NCBI RefSeq assembly: GCF_964355755.1
Contig: NC_092673.1
Location: 28,455,648-28,519,647, forward strand
Direction of reading: 5' to 3'
Source: Antedon mediterranea
Lineage: Eukaryota; Animalia; Echinodermata
Length of the DNA: 64,000 nucleotides
Both the position numbers and the translations under genes were made by a program. Of this stretch, positions 26,541 through 39,997 are shown in pieces (within the stretch, counting starts at the first letter, position 1; each line of letters begins with the position of its first letter). Under the pieces are notes generated by a model. That model was not told the DNA's origin and did no database searches. It worked only from the letters and a program-made list of their open reading frames with translations.

Positions 26541-26576
26541 CATAGAGATATTATAGTGAACTATAATATCTCTATG
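26541..26576. mobile_element. 36-bp perfect palindromic mini-element with a 7-bp TSD
   Basis: CATAGAGATATTATAGT-GA-ACTATAATATCTCTATG flanked by attgaac on both sides (26534-26540, 26577-26583). Confidence 0.75.
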
Positions 26577-28063
26577 ATTGAACTAAGCCATTTGAAGGTA
26601 GGAGATGATGTCATCTGACAGGTATAAGAAAGGGATGTCATATCTGTGTGGTGTAATGCAGGAGGAATACTGTAGGCCCCTGGTTTAGCACTCCTATGGG
26701 GATTTCTAATGCTGGGTAATTGCATTTGGGCAGCTCTGAGGCCCCCAAGTTTAGCCAGTAAGTGCCCGAGTAATACTCATAGCATTTATGCCACTAAGCC
26801 ATGGTAGATGATGTCATGTGACAGGTAGGAGAAAGAGATGTTGTATCTGTTGCCCTCCCTCCCCCAAGGTCTTGTACCCAGTGAGTGTTTTCACCCTGAC
26901 CTACTACTGTAGCGTCAAAAAGTAGGGGGAAGGGATGTTGTTACACTTGTCACTATGTATCATTACGAAGAGTAAGACAAGTGTAACAGAGGTTAGTTCT
27001 TTCCGGTCCATAATAAACTCCTAATTTTGTCATGGTTTGCTGTTACTGTTCTTGTAGCCTACAGTATGGCCGTCATTGACAGATATTTACTATCAGTTGA
27101 CTTTCACTGCTGGTGTACTCGACTTATATCATGCTATAGAATTCTCAAGATGAAAGAAAACATAATGTTAATCTGGATTAACCTTTCTGTCATGATGATG
27201 ATGATGATCATTTCCCCCCCCCCCCCTCCCTTCAATATGGCGCCACTTACGCTGCTACTTCTGCATATTACAGTCAAAGTGTATTTTTTCCCCTTAAATT
27301 ATGTTTGAACCCACACATCCACACTCTATCAATAGAAATCAACCTACTTTTAAACGCAACAAAACAACTATTGTGATTGGCCACAATGAAATACGTCTGT
27401 CTACCTCTACAGCTGTGTTGTAGTTATCAAGCTTCTGGTTTGGTTGGGAATACCATAGCACTGGAACTAATTTGTGTGAATTATTTTTGGTTAACCATAT
27501 TATACTGTGTTTCTGTGTGGAGTGTTGCAGAGAGATTAAAACTGTTTGTTTTCCAGTTTTCACTGATAACCTTTAGAACTGGCAGTGAGCAGTTTTTGTA
27601 CAGTACATTCCATGTTTGTTATGGATTAAAGTTTTATGGACAACTAATTCCTCCCTGATTGAAAACAAAAGCTGCTTATACAAAGTAGAACTTTGTTTTG
27701 TGGCTATTGTTTCCATTAAAGTGGTGTGTTACAGTAGTTTATTTAGCTAAAGAGGTGTAATTTGGCTTGAATTTAATCATGGGCTACAATAAATTTGACC
27801 AATTTTTCCGGTTAAAAAAGTAGATGGAGTGAACATCTCCTTCTTTCTTTCTTTCTTTCTTTCTTTAGCCCATATTGTCCCACTGCTACTAAATAGGCAA
27901 AAGTGTCTGTCAATTGGTGGCAGTTGTTACCGTCTTTCGTAACACTTGGCCATGCTGTGGATGCCTCAACTCTATAAATTTACATTATTTATTTATTGTG
28001 TGAATTGTACTGTGTAAATCGTAAAGCCGTATTTCATTCAAAATATCTACTCATCGTTTAAAC

Positions 28064-28173
28064 ATTATTTTATTTATTTTTTATTTTTATTTATTCGACT
28101 TCTCACTAACTCAGTTAGTGAAGGATCTGGACCAACAGGTGGTAAACACCTCTAAAACTGTCCAGTCCCAGTT
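28064..28173 (-). mobile_element. 3' end of the Deu/Nin-type SINE (or of its partner LINE), 5'-truncated
   Basis: Reverse complement of ~55658-55757, including the hairpin tcactaac-tga-gttagtga and an A-rich tail. Confidence 0.8.
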
Positions 28174-30036
28174 AATATGCAGCCTTACCAATACCAGTGT
28201 TCTGGATATTTAAGTGAGATTCTTAGATGTATCTACAGTATCTAGTCTAAAGAAACAGTAACTATGTTTATTTTTACATTTGTTTGCTCTTGTTTAATAT
28301 TTTAATAGCTAGCCTAATACAATTCAATTCCGGTATTTTATGTCAACATTTTCTTATTTTTTAATACGTTTTTTTTTTCTAATAAATCTTACTGTCGACA
28401 TATTCAGTTTTGTGAGAACTCTTGTTAGGAAGCCAGGTGTTGTCACCTCCAGTATGTTCACCTCTCTTGTGTATCAGTGCGGTTATACAATGATTCAAGT
28501 TAACTACATATTTTATGCTACAATAATTAACCATTAACTGTCATTGTCTAATTAACCTTTGGTTAATAAGGTGGTTGTTCTTTTTTACACCAATTTCAGA
28601 AAATTATTTTACTCTTTTTTCTTGTTTCAAAACAAATTGAATGTGTACTTTTGTAGTTCAATTAAACTCTTATTAATAATAATATACGATAGTCGATTTA
28701 CCTGGACATAACTTTACATGAACAAGGAGTAGTGGCCATATAAACAATAACTTCTTTTAACCCTGTAACTTATCCATTTCAAATGTAATATATTTGAAAA
28801 TGTGTGGTTTGATGTGGTTGTGGAAACTGTAAATTCTATTATACAGGCTGTCTGCTTTTGTCTTCTTTTTCCAGACATTTACGGTATGCATAAAAAATGA
28901 TTGAGTTTATTAATAATATCATCTGACATCAATAATTAGGGGCTGACATTTATATTTTGTTTAATGGATGCACTTGTTTAAAAGAGAAAGATTTACTTGT
29001 TATAAACATTCCTATGAAGTACTTTACTTTGATATCACATCCTTTTATATAGGCCTATACATCCAAGCAAATTACTGAAAATCTGACAATTATGTGGATA
29101 TCAGTAGCTAGATCTCAACGGAGAATTTCATCTATATTCTATGCATCATAAGATGAACATGCTTGTCTTTTACGAAAATAATATTGTATTTTAAATACAT
29201 ATTTTATAAAAAATACTTTAGAATTTGCAGAAAAATAACAGCTATTATATTAAGACTATGCATATTTTTTAAATACTACAGAGATCCTGAAAGGATGGCT
29301 CTTTTTAGAACACTCAAAATAAAGTTTTTTATTTTTACATTGACGGCAATTTTTGTCCGTCTTATCAGTTTGATCCAGGCATGTCTGACTCGTACCACTT
29401 TGTGGTCTTGTCCATTAACAAAAATACAAAACTTTACCATGTGTTTGTGTGCAAACAAAATGTGCATAATTAAATGAAAAAATAAATCTACAGTACATTT
29501 TCCATGAAAGTTATCAATGATTTGATGATTAAATAAATAAATCAACGAAAAAATCTGTATTTTGTTGTTACATGACTTGGTAAAAATGTTCTAAAAGTCT
29601 AAAGTATTTTACAAAAATTTAAGTGACAGTTTAAGCAGATGTATAATATGTTTTTTTTTTACTTTAAAAATACCACAATGCGGTTAAAATCTCAGATTAG
29701 CTTGTTAGATACACTTGCCAACTCTTTCTTAATATTGCACTCATCTTTAAATTGAGATTAGAGTTTGCTTTTATTCACCTGGCCCTCTTGTCAATGATTT
29801 CGACGGGAAAATCCTAACTGACACGAACAGATAAAATGTATATGTGCTTATTCATGCATTTGCCAGTAAATATCTTTCATTATTCAAGTCTTTTTTTAAA
29901 TTCTTAGAACATAACTTGACCTAAATTTATTTTGGATAACCTGCCTATTAATAGAAGAGGTAGAAATTATTTAATAAAAGCTCCAAAAACATGGAGTCAA
30001 CTATTACTGTATTCTTCCAAGCCTTGTATTATGTAT

Positions 30037-30187
30037 ACTGTAAATGGGTACCGGTTTGCGCTGATTACTAGCTGCATTATGGGAATATGTTTCCATATGT
30101 GTTTGATACCAAAAAATGACCAGGTTAATAATGTGAAGCGCTTAGAATCATTGTGCAATAAGGCGCTATATAAGAACGAATATTATT
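30037..30187 (+). mobile_element. SINE 3' half with CORE-like motif and L2-type tail
   Basis: tgtaaatgggtacc... aagcgcttaga...ggcgctatataag, then (tat)n; homologous to 62030-62240. Confidence 0.75.
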
Positions 30188-30494
30188 GTTTTTTGTTTTC
30201 CGTTCATACACTTTAATTGATTCATTTTTTCCCTTTCATCTTCATCCTTTCAACAACATTTTTTCATGTTGTTTAAATATAGACCATATTCTAATATGAG
30301 TAAATTAATGTTCTCATCAAAATGTCATCAATCTGTGATACATTAAATGCTAATGTCATTTCTACATCATTTGATATTGAGTGTTCATGACATATTGGGT
30401 TTGTGTCATTCAACATTGAAAGTAATAGAATTTTGTGCCAACAGTGTACAGTTGTTGGCACACAAACTGTTGATTTATTTCTGAATTGGTTGAT

Positions 30495-30580
30495 CCAAAT
30501 ATGGTAGTGATGTGCCCAAATATGGCAGTGATATGCCTAAATATAGCATTGATACGCCTAAATATGGCAGTGATATGCCT
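30495..30580 (+). mobile_element. Internal fragment of MITE family B (~21-bp repeats)
   Basis: aaatatggtagtgatgtgccc-like unit x4. Confidence 0.65.
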
Positions 30581-33543
30581 GCATAGAGAAACGTCCGTTT
30601 ACTATTTAATGGGAATCAAACCCTAAACACAGGATTAAAAAAGACTATATTGTGATGTCATATGTCATTTTAATTCTTTTTAAATGGATTTCTTTTTTTT
30701 TGCAAGTTACCGTTTATTTTCATGATGTCCAATGTGTAGACAATTTGTTTAATTTTGGTTATTTAGGCTATTTAGATCCAATTTTTTTCCCTTCATTTAT
30801 TTTTTGTTTTGTGTTTATTATTAGTTTTCCATGTGTTATATGACAATACTAACATACAATGAGAGTCAATAAACTATATACTGTATTCCTTAAATGTGAT
30901 CCTACAATGTTCACCTATCTTGTACGACATTCAATGTACAGTAATCTGTTGGCGCAATTGAATCTTCAAAATACAGAAGGAAATTCAACAAGAAGAGGAA
31001 GCTAGAGGTCACTAATTATGTACAATATCAATTAAAACTTGCAATTTTCAATAATATTACAAGGTTTTAGGTCAACTTTGTTATTTTTATCACTAATATC
31101 GAATGTTAACAAATGACCTGGCTTAAGTGAGGAAGCAAAGCATGGTACAGAGGTGACTTTCTGTATCCTATGTGAATTTTCTCACAAAAGCCTTTTATTG
31201 TTTGAAAATTGGTAATTTTGAGCTACACAACTGGAGCCCACATATTGTGTATTCGGTCATTTGATATTGTATATTTTTGCAATTATATATAAATTATGAG
31301 GGACTTAAACGCACTACCACACTACAAAAAAAAATTGAAAAATGCAGCGGACCTACAGAAAATAAAGATCATAGCATTTGGAGAAACTTTACAGCAGAAA
31401 TAAGAGGTCGAGCGAGCCGGAAAAGTCAGAAGACTATTCAGCGGAACGGCGTAAAGTAAGTAAAGTAATATAAATGAACAAGTATTGAAGATTACCCTAG
31501 TCCAAGAAATACTGTACTGATAATTTGAAGCAAAAGCTAGTATTATAGTAACAGCTAGACAAATTCTTGTGGAAAACTCAAGCCGTGATTTATTCCATTA
31601 AATATAAAAAACCTTATACTCCTTAATATGTCATAATAAGTGACACAAACTTCAATATATAATGACATTAGATCAGATGTGTTTATATTGGAAAGTATGT
31701 TATCGATACGCATGATTAAGCACAATGCAAATTAGTCCGTTTAATTATAGTCATAAGGAAGATGGCCGTCCCGCGAGAATCGTAACGTTTCCACTCTCTA
31801 CTTAAACTAACTCTTGTACGATTTTTTTTTCATTAGAAGTGAAACTGATTTAGTGTCATCTTTCATATTAGATTAGCGGTGTCTGCTGCTAGTTTTGTTT
31901 ATAGTCTGTTTTGATTTTAATTATAGGTTATGATTTTACTTTGTCCTTTAAGACTGTGTACAGATTATGAACTCGGAGACAGTTTATTTATAGATAACCG
32001 CAACTTAAAATTAAACCATAACCAAATCTGGTTGTTTTAACAGCTCCACTATATCCGCTTGGTTGTTGTGTTGTTTTTTATTTTGAGAATTCACGATACA
32101 TGAACCTGTAAAATTGTTTCATTTTCTGTAAAATATTCAAACTGTATTCAAGCTCTAAAAAAATGGAATTAAATTGAATTAAGAAAGGCCCATTTAACTA
32201 GTCTGTTTTGAGGAGATGTATCTCCACAGGCTATTTGAGGAGGAGGTCTTAAGCAAACTGGTAGAATATGCATAGTAGAACTACATACAATACAGTAGTT
32301 GTATGTATGACACAGTGGCCATGGCTAACCCCAGGGGCTCCTGAGCCGGGTCAGGAGGGATAAAAGGCACTAAAATATGTCAAAAGAGGTACTAAAAAAC
32401 GTCCAAGACATTCAGTGCAGGGGGCCAATTAGCATCCCTAAAACAGGGGCCTCCGACGCGTTGTTGGAATATATACTAAAAATGACTCTACCTTACCAGT
32501 CATGCCTTCATTAGCATGATATCTATTTCTGTCACTTTTTATTGAATTTTTTTGAGTTATAAAAGAACAGGATATTGCATAAAAAATATGTTTGACACAA
32601 ACACCAAATTCTGGAACCAGTAAGACTGCGGTTAATTGTATTATATCACAATAAATCCTTTTGTTTTATTCTTGGAGTCTTCCTTTACAAACTATTGTAT
32701 CAGCATATTATTATATTAACCTACCTTAAAACTCTTATCAACACAATTTCAATAAAAGCTGTACTGTACGTCTGTCTATAAAAGAGTTCATTACAAAGGT
32801 ATAACCTCATCTATGTATGTGAACGCTTGATTGGCCGTTGACAATAACAAGCCGTACGCATCATTAACGTATTCTGTCATTTCTTTTGATTCCTATATTC
32901 ATACACATCGCTGAAGGTTTTGCAAATGCTTATACTTGTTGTTCAACATTTTTGTATATTATCTTTCTTTCCGGTGTTTTCAAATATCTTCAAGTTTAAT
33001 TAGTACTCTTTGCCTCATTAAAAATAAGGTAGGCGTATGCATCATTCTGTCATTAAATACAGTCATTGATACTATTTTGTTATTGTGAGCCAATACTCTG
33101 CATTAGACGGACCTGAGTGTTGTGTTTGCCAGCTAGCAGTGTTTGAATACTATTGAGCACTATTAGCCAGCCTGTTGGTATGTGAAGTTTTATTCTCTAA
33201 ATTAGTTTTGGAGATTTAGGTTATTGTGTCATCAAAGGATGAATGAGACAATTATTATATCGTCTAAGGGGACTAGCGGCTATGAGCGCTCATTGGCTAA
33301 ACCCCGGGGCCTCAGAGCTCATGGGGCCCTATGATTATTAAGATTTAAATTTATCAAAATACAACATAGATAGTTTTTGTAAAGATCACAGGCCTTTAGA
33401 AGTTTTGTTTTTCTGTAGAAGAAATATTGAAAAAGATGCTTCGACTAAAGTTCTGTGTTCTGCCACACTCAATACAGTTTTTGGAGTAATGATGATGAGG
33501 ATGACGTTTTGTAGTGTTTAGTTTATAGCAAGGACTCACCATG

Positions 33544-34240
33544 CAGGCCCGTAGCCAGGGGGGGTTTTTATGGTTCGGGCGAACCCCCCTTTACAGCGAA
33601 CCCCCCTTAACCGACTGCGAACCCTTATCCCCCTCATGTGTGACTATGAAGTATAATGTATCATAGAGGATTATAGTGAATATTGATATTTTACACTATA
33701 ATATCTATGGTATCAAGTACTGTAGTTCACATTATGGCATCCGATTATTTTTTTCTAGACCACCAGCCGATACGTACTAAAATGTATCAATATCACCTAT
33801 TTACATATTTATATTCCTCAACAAATTGCTGTAAATAAATATTATAGATAGAGCTAGCAAATAGCATTTGCCTTCAACCAGTGTGCTTTTTTCGGGGCTG
33901 CTCCTAGATGTACGTTCGCATTGAACTTGAACGCAAAACAAAATACGGAGTAAATGATCAAACAATCGGCGGTTCCGCACAGAGCACGCGCATCTAACAT
34001 ACGGCAACAAATAGTTATCGTCCTTTAAATTATCGACGTGTTTGAGAAGGAGGAAAAAAGTACGATCTTTTTGCTCATTGGTAGCATGCTGCACGAGAGT
34101 GTCTTTTCCGGCCATCTAGGGGTGTCATTTAACAAAATTCGCTTCGCATCAGGCCCCAACCCCAGGGGAAGGGGGGGGGGGGATTGACCCAAATATTTAG
34201 TGTCCGAACCCCCCCTTGACAGATCCTGGCTACGGCCCTG
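33544..34240. mobile_element. Non-autonomous TIR element (hAT-like CAGG ends) with a 5-bp TSD
   Basis: TIRs CAGGCCCGTAGCCAGG / CCTGGCTACGGCCCTG; ccatg on both flanks; subterminal cgaacccccc motifs. A related right end lies at ~10920-10936. Confidence 0.85.
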
Positions 34241-35269
34241 CCATGTATACGAAAGAACTTTGAATCATTGGAACAAACTATTATTTGATGAATAAGCACC
34301 CATTTCCTGGGTGAGTGTGTTTATTAATATTAGTAATATCATCTAGGGAGAGATACAGTAGATGTATATTTGTATATTGACAAGTGTACTTTTTATGTAT
34401 TGTTTGTACGATAAAAATATTATTTATTGTCATTTTAACGACGAGGTAGAAATGAAATTTGGTTGGTTGGTTTACATTATTGTTGGTTTTGTTAAATGAA
34501 ATTGGACAGTATTTGCTGTTTTTCAAGTGTTAGACAATTTATATAATTCTAGTACAGTATATATTGTCTTTCATTATCAAGGCCTATGTAACCTGAATTA
34601 GTATACCTTCTTGTATTTCAAACTCCAAATATTGGATCTCATGAAAACTAATTTCATTACCTATGTATTTATGCATATCATAATCATATTATAAAGCTCT
34701 GTCTACACTATCAATCTAGTTTACCATATTCATTTTATATCTTGACAAAGACATGAACAAAACAAAATTTAAAACAATGAGGCAGGATTACCTAAATATT
34801 ATTAAGAGAAAAAACAATCGAAGTGCTCCCCACATTGAATCCTAAGTACAATCATATCTTTATTAAAGCTCTAAAAATATAGCATTAAACCATACTGGAC
34901 TTCTACACACACAAACACAGTTAGTCCGTTGCTTTGCCAGCTTACTCTTGTAGCATGTGTAATCAACTATAAAAACCCTTACTTAATTAGACGGGAAAGG
35001 ATTGGATTTTTAATGAAATATGTTGGTGTGAAGCTGTCTTCGTCACCTATTGATCGATCATAATCCTAGGTAACTTAAAGGCAGTCCCACTTATTTTTAT
35101 TGAGTTAATCCACACTTGTCAACATTAAATATATTTTTACTTCTTAGTATTCCATTTTTTAATTTTTCTATTCTTATGAAATAATATATTTCTGTATTAT
35201 TTTTAATGAATGTTATATTTTTGTTACATTTTCTGTCCCATATGGAATATGAGTATATTTTGATCAATA

Positions 35270-37084
35270 CAGTACCAGCGAGAATTACTGCCCAATTCGG
35301 ACGCGGCAGACGCGGCATGAATACGTCCATGACGCGTCCACTTCGCGTCCATTATATCGACGCGTCTGACGTTATTTGACCTTAGACCAACGTCCTTTGT
35401 GTTTGAGCTAACCGGGAGCTAACCACGCCGGTGTTAACGTAAACAAAAGCTCCGCATTGTTACTGTACAGTACTACAGTTATATTCTGTACGATGTTTTC
35501 TCAACCCGTGAAAACCTGTATTAAACGAAATGTATTTTATACTACAGTAGTTAATAACATGCAAAAAAAACCCTCTAAAAAACGAATTAATGAATAAGTG
35601 CGTATAGATACCAGTTCATTAGTACTACAGCTTACTATATGGGCAAGAAAGACTGATTTTTTGTGAGTAAAATTATTATCGGATGTCAAAAAACTTCTTT
35701 GGCACGCCGCCTAAAAAGAAACCGCTGAACGAGACTTGCGGGAAATGCAGTGCTGAAACCACGTGTGCCTGCCATGCAGTAAAACCACGTGATAGCATAT
35801 TTACCAAACTCGAACGTTCGGCGACTAGACCCGAGTGTGTGAAAATATGTTGCTTTCGCTGTCCGAGCGAAGCAATGAATTGTGAGTATCGAATGTCAAA
35901 AAACTTCTTTGGCACGCCGCCTAAAAAGAAACCGCCGAACGAGACTTGCGGGAAATGCAGTGCTGAAACCACCGTTCGGCGACCCGAGTGTGTGAAAAAT
36001 AGTTTGCTTTCGCTGTCCGAGCGAAGCAATGAATTTTATATACTAATTAAAAAATCGACACATTCATTGTAATGGACAAAAATGTTTTGTAACACTATAT
36101 AATATCCTCAACCTATTTTTATTCATTATATTAAATTCTAGCACCCGCCCTTGGCTTTTTTGTTTTACAATTATACAAACACTGTAATCTTAACATGATC
36201 AGAGAGGAACATCATTATAGCGTAAAAAAAATATTTCTTAATATTTATAAGCAAAGCGTACACAGAATGCCTAGTGTTGTACAACAGGGTCATCAACCCG
36301 CTTTTCAGCAGCGGTAGAACATGGTTGCAATATTGCTGGGATCCAATGGAGTAGAAAAATATCACGTGCTCTTTGTTGCGCGCTATGACGACTATGGAGA
36401 TATAAATTGACAGTGTACAGTACATACTGTAGGCTACATGATTTTGTTGAGCCTTCTTCCACAGTTTTAACTCATCATATTACATTTAAATATAACTTAT
36501 TTCTCTATGATCATATCAATAATTCAACATGAAATAGAGGCCTCGTTATTAAAAAAATATTCTTCCATAAAATGATTCATATGAACAAAATATACTGTAT
36601 CATGACGATGATTATTGATCGAGTACGCTAGGCCGATCTCAGGCGGTGGTGTACGTGCTAGACAGTGAACCGGCCGGCTAGATCACACAGCGGGCTAGCG
36701 ATGGATATAGACACAGTTTCGCACGAAACTGGCTTTTTGGACGAATTATTCGGCAGATAAAAATAAACACAACACACACAAGTCGTAGGCTAACTTTATT
36801 TATTTTTTAATTATATTGTTTGTGAATGTGAAACTATTTTATAAACAAACACCAATACAGCTGCCGACCCTGCTCAACAGTCAGGCTTAGTTTTCCGATG
36901 TCATTTGAATATGAATACGGTTGCGAACAATAACAAAAACAGACTCAGGTAGCGAGGTCACGGCCCGCCCGACAAAAGTGCGTCCAAATCATTGGTTTAG
37001 TTTATGAATGGACGCGTCGTGGACGCAAATTGGACGGACGCGTCCGTCGCGTCCAAAAAGGGGCAGTAATTCTCGCTGGTACTG
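35270..37084. mobile_element. Non-autonomous Tc1/mariner-like element, 1815 bp
   Basis: Perfect 24-bp TIRs CAGTACCAGCGAGAATTACTGCCC, TA flanks, subterminal GACGCG clusters, no recognisable transposase ORF. Confidence 0.88.
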
Positions 37085-37848
37085 TAGTCTGTTTGGCATA
37101 GGTGGACCCAGCTGGCTGAGGGAGGGGGGGTTTGGAGGCCAACAACATCGGGGCTGGGACATTATGTTAATAGTTTAGCATTTCATAATTTATAGGCGGC
37201 TGCCATGGACCCTTTTTGGAAAATCTTGTATCCACTGTTTTCTTTTGTCATGCAATTACAATTTACATAAATTGATAATGCATAGAATAATATTTTAGTG
37301 TACAGTACAGTTTAGGTATCTATGTACACTGTGTACACATAAAATCAGTATAGGTTCAATTCATATAAGTATAGGTTCAATTCATATATTTTCGAATTAA
37401 ATTTCACCCATCATTTAACCCAATTTCAATTGATGTCATGTACAAATCAAGGTTGCCAGGTTATTATGATAGTTTTGCCCATTGTTGAAAAACCCTTGAT
37501 GGTAATTCAATTTATAAAACAGCATGGTGATTGTAACAGATGTTTTATTTAATTTTTGACTAATTTTGAAACCCTTATGATCCAAATCTCCTGACAATTG
37601 TTTTGACTAAATATTCATACTTCCTCACTTGTGACTCATCTACATAGAGTAGAACATTTATATAAAATAGTCAAGGTATTTATTATAGTGGACTTTAGAA
37701 CAAACCTCTGAGCATTCATATTTTCTGTTCAGTCAGTACCTCCCAATGTAAAACCCTGTATTCACCCTTGTGTTTAGGCATTCAGTTTCTACCCCACAGA
37801 ACTTTTTATTCATCTTCAAACCTAGAATTGTAAGTATGCACAATTTCT

Positions 37849-38100
37849 GGTAAAGGTAAAGGTGAGTCCCGTGTTCTCTGAACGTAGGGGAATGAGCTGT
37901 TAGGAGCTCATTGTACTAAGCCTACCATTATGTGGTAGTATGGCCAGTTCCTTTACATGCCGCCTTTTTTCTCCCTAGTATTTTTTCAACCAGGTACTCA
38001 TTTTACAGCTGAGTGGACTAGGAGTTGGCGGGAATTGAACCCGGGTCTATCTGTATGACAGTCAAGTGTCCTAACCACTCAGCTATCCAACTTCCACTTC
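37849..38100 (-). mobile_element. tRNA-derived SINE with CORE-like motif, (CCTTTA)n tail and a 10-bp TSD
   Basis: Minus strand: tagctgagtgg (A box), gggttcaattcc (B box), ccactcagctgtaaaatgagtacc, tail acctttacctttacc. cacaatttct occurs on both flanks (37839-37848, 38101-38110). Confidence 0.88.
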
Positions 38101-38889
38101 CACAATTTCTAGTAAATAACTAAAACCCCAGACCTCATTTTGCACCTTCCTTTAAATAAATAAGAATTCGCCCATGTTATTTATGCATCAATTGCATGAA
38201 TAAAATAAATAATAAATATTTATTAAATATTTATGTGATCTGTAACCAGTGTTTACACTTTACAATTCTTAATCATATAAATATTCATTAATAATATCAA
38301 CTGTACTATCATTCAGGTGTGTTATTATAGCTTTGTGTTATTATATTCACAGGTGCTAATATTTATATTCCCAGGTGTGTATGTAAATTCTTATCAGAAA
38401 TCCTGATTATTTACAGTAATTATTAAATATCCTTGTTTGTGTGGATGTGGTTGTAAAATTAATTTAGTGTATTTGCATGATGGGTGTGTGATTATTTAAT
38501 TCTTATCAAATGCCCTGATTAAAAGATTTAGTACTATATGGTTTGTGAGGAAGTGGTTAGAGTATTATTTGTGAGATTTTAATTCACACTTTACAGAAGG
38601 CCATGCTATTGCTGTAGGCACAATATCAATATCATTTTTGTTATGATACTGACTTTGTGTTTGTTTGTAGATAAGACTTGCTTTTTTCTCATGTTTTGTT
38701 AAAGATCATTACCAGTTCATTTCTGTTTCTTTAGATCAATCTTGTGCCTCTCAATTTTTAACCTAGCTTTGGCATCTATTCACACTTTCTGCTCCTGTAT
38801 GTTCAATTAGGTATTCACAGTATCTGCTTCCTCAAACCAGTTTTGTAGCTCCCAGAACTGAACCCAGCCGTTACATCTATGTTCAATTG

Positions 38890-39041
38890 AGCTCTGTCTA
38901 CACTATCAAACTTTCTGTGACAAAAAATGTGATGTGCCCATATGAACATGCTGATGTCATATCACTACCATATTTGGCTATATCACTACCAAATTTTGGT
39001 ACATCACATTGTTTTTGTCATTTGATAGTGTAGACAGAGCT
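38890..39041 (-). mobile_element. Harbinger-like MITE, family B (near full length)
   Basis: agctctgtctacactatcaaa ... tttgatagtgtagacagagct, perfect 21-bp TIRs. Confidence 0.9.
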
Positions 39042-39953
39042 TTAATTACCTCTCACAATATTCGTGCCCTTAAACCTATTTGAAAAACACATTATTATTA
39101 TTACTATACTTTTAATTTTGGGTCATACAAGCCTTATTAGCCAGTAGCAAAGATGGTACCATCTCATCTCCATTTTCTTCATCTTCATCATCGTCTGCAT
39201 CCGTGTGCAATTGAGTCCCGTATGCTAGAGACAAGTTATTTTCTTGCCCTTTACCCAAGCAACGATTCAAAAAGTGTCATAACATTAACAGTATGACAGT
39301 ATCCAGTTGACTGAATTCGTTAACCATTACCATGCATGTCGCAACCATTATCCAACGTTCACTTGTGAATAAACTACTTTAAGGGTCTCATTAAGATGTT
39401 GAAGATATTTTTTTGCGGATACATAACACATATGTAGTCATTATTATGCTAAGTACTTGGATCAACATGTGAGAGAATATATTGATAATGCATCTGTTTC
39501 TGAACGATTGACCAAATGCATATTGAAGCCTATATGCCAATGTGCGTTGATATTCGATGACCACAGTTTTGAAGTTCGTTAGTTAGTGTGCTGTAGACTC
39601 GTTTCAGATACAGTTTGCATTTTGTTGTCGGTTTAACGCCAGCTGTCTTCCGTGTGAACAGGTGACTATATTTGTCTTTAGTGCTTTTCATAATGTCAAC
39701 AGCTTTATTTGTATAAATTATGTAAATAAATACTGTAGGAATACTGTAACCTACTTGTTTTTAATATTCAAAAAGTAATGTTATAGAATAACATATTTGT
39801 ATGTGAAGTTATTTAAGCTGTTACAGAATCCTGATGCTAAAAATGTAACACCGAAGATAATCAATCCGTGATAGATTTAATGTTCCCTTCTTAGCCTCCC
39901 TCCTTTCTTTTTTTACTACAGTATGGCATGTTTTCCCTATGCTATACATTATA

Positions 39954-39997
39954 CAGTAGAACACCTCCCCATCCCTATTCAGAAGACAATTCTACTG
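39954..39997. mobile_element. 44-bp internally deleted pogo/Tc1-like MITE
   Basis: TA-cagtagaa ... ttctactg-TA; shares ccctattcag with the element at 61976-62269. Confidence 0.55.

Noticed and set aside
32312-33332. GC-rich ggggcc-containing patches at ~32315-32460 and ~33268-33330 (also ~37100-37235)
   Set aside because: Probably eroded MITE remnants, but TIR pairs and TSDs could not be established.
38020-38090. tRNA gene
   Set aside because: No proper acceptor stem; it is the head of a SINE with a tail and TSD. The tRNA-like patch at ~51818-51890 is likewise too degenerate to be a tRNA gene.
39130-39660. Higher-complexity stretch with an acidic peptide on the minus strand
   Set aside because: Too short and interrupted to assign; possibly old transposon debris.
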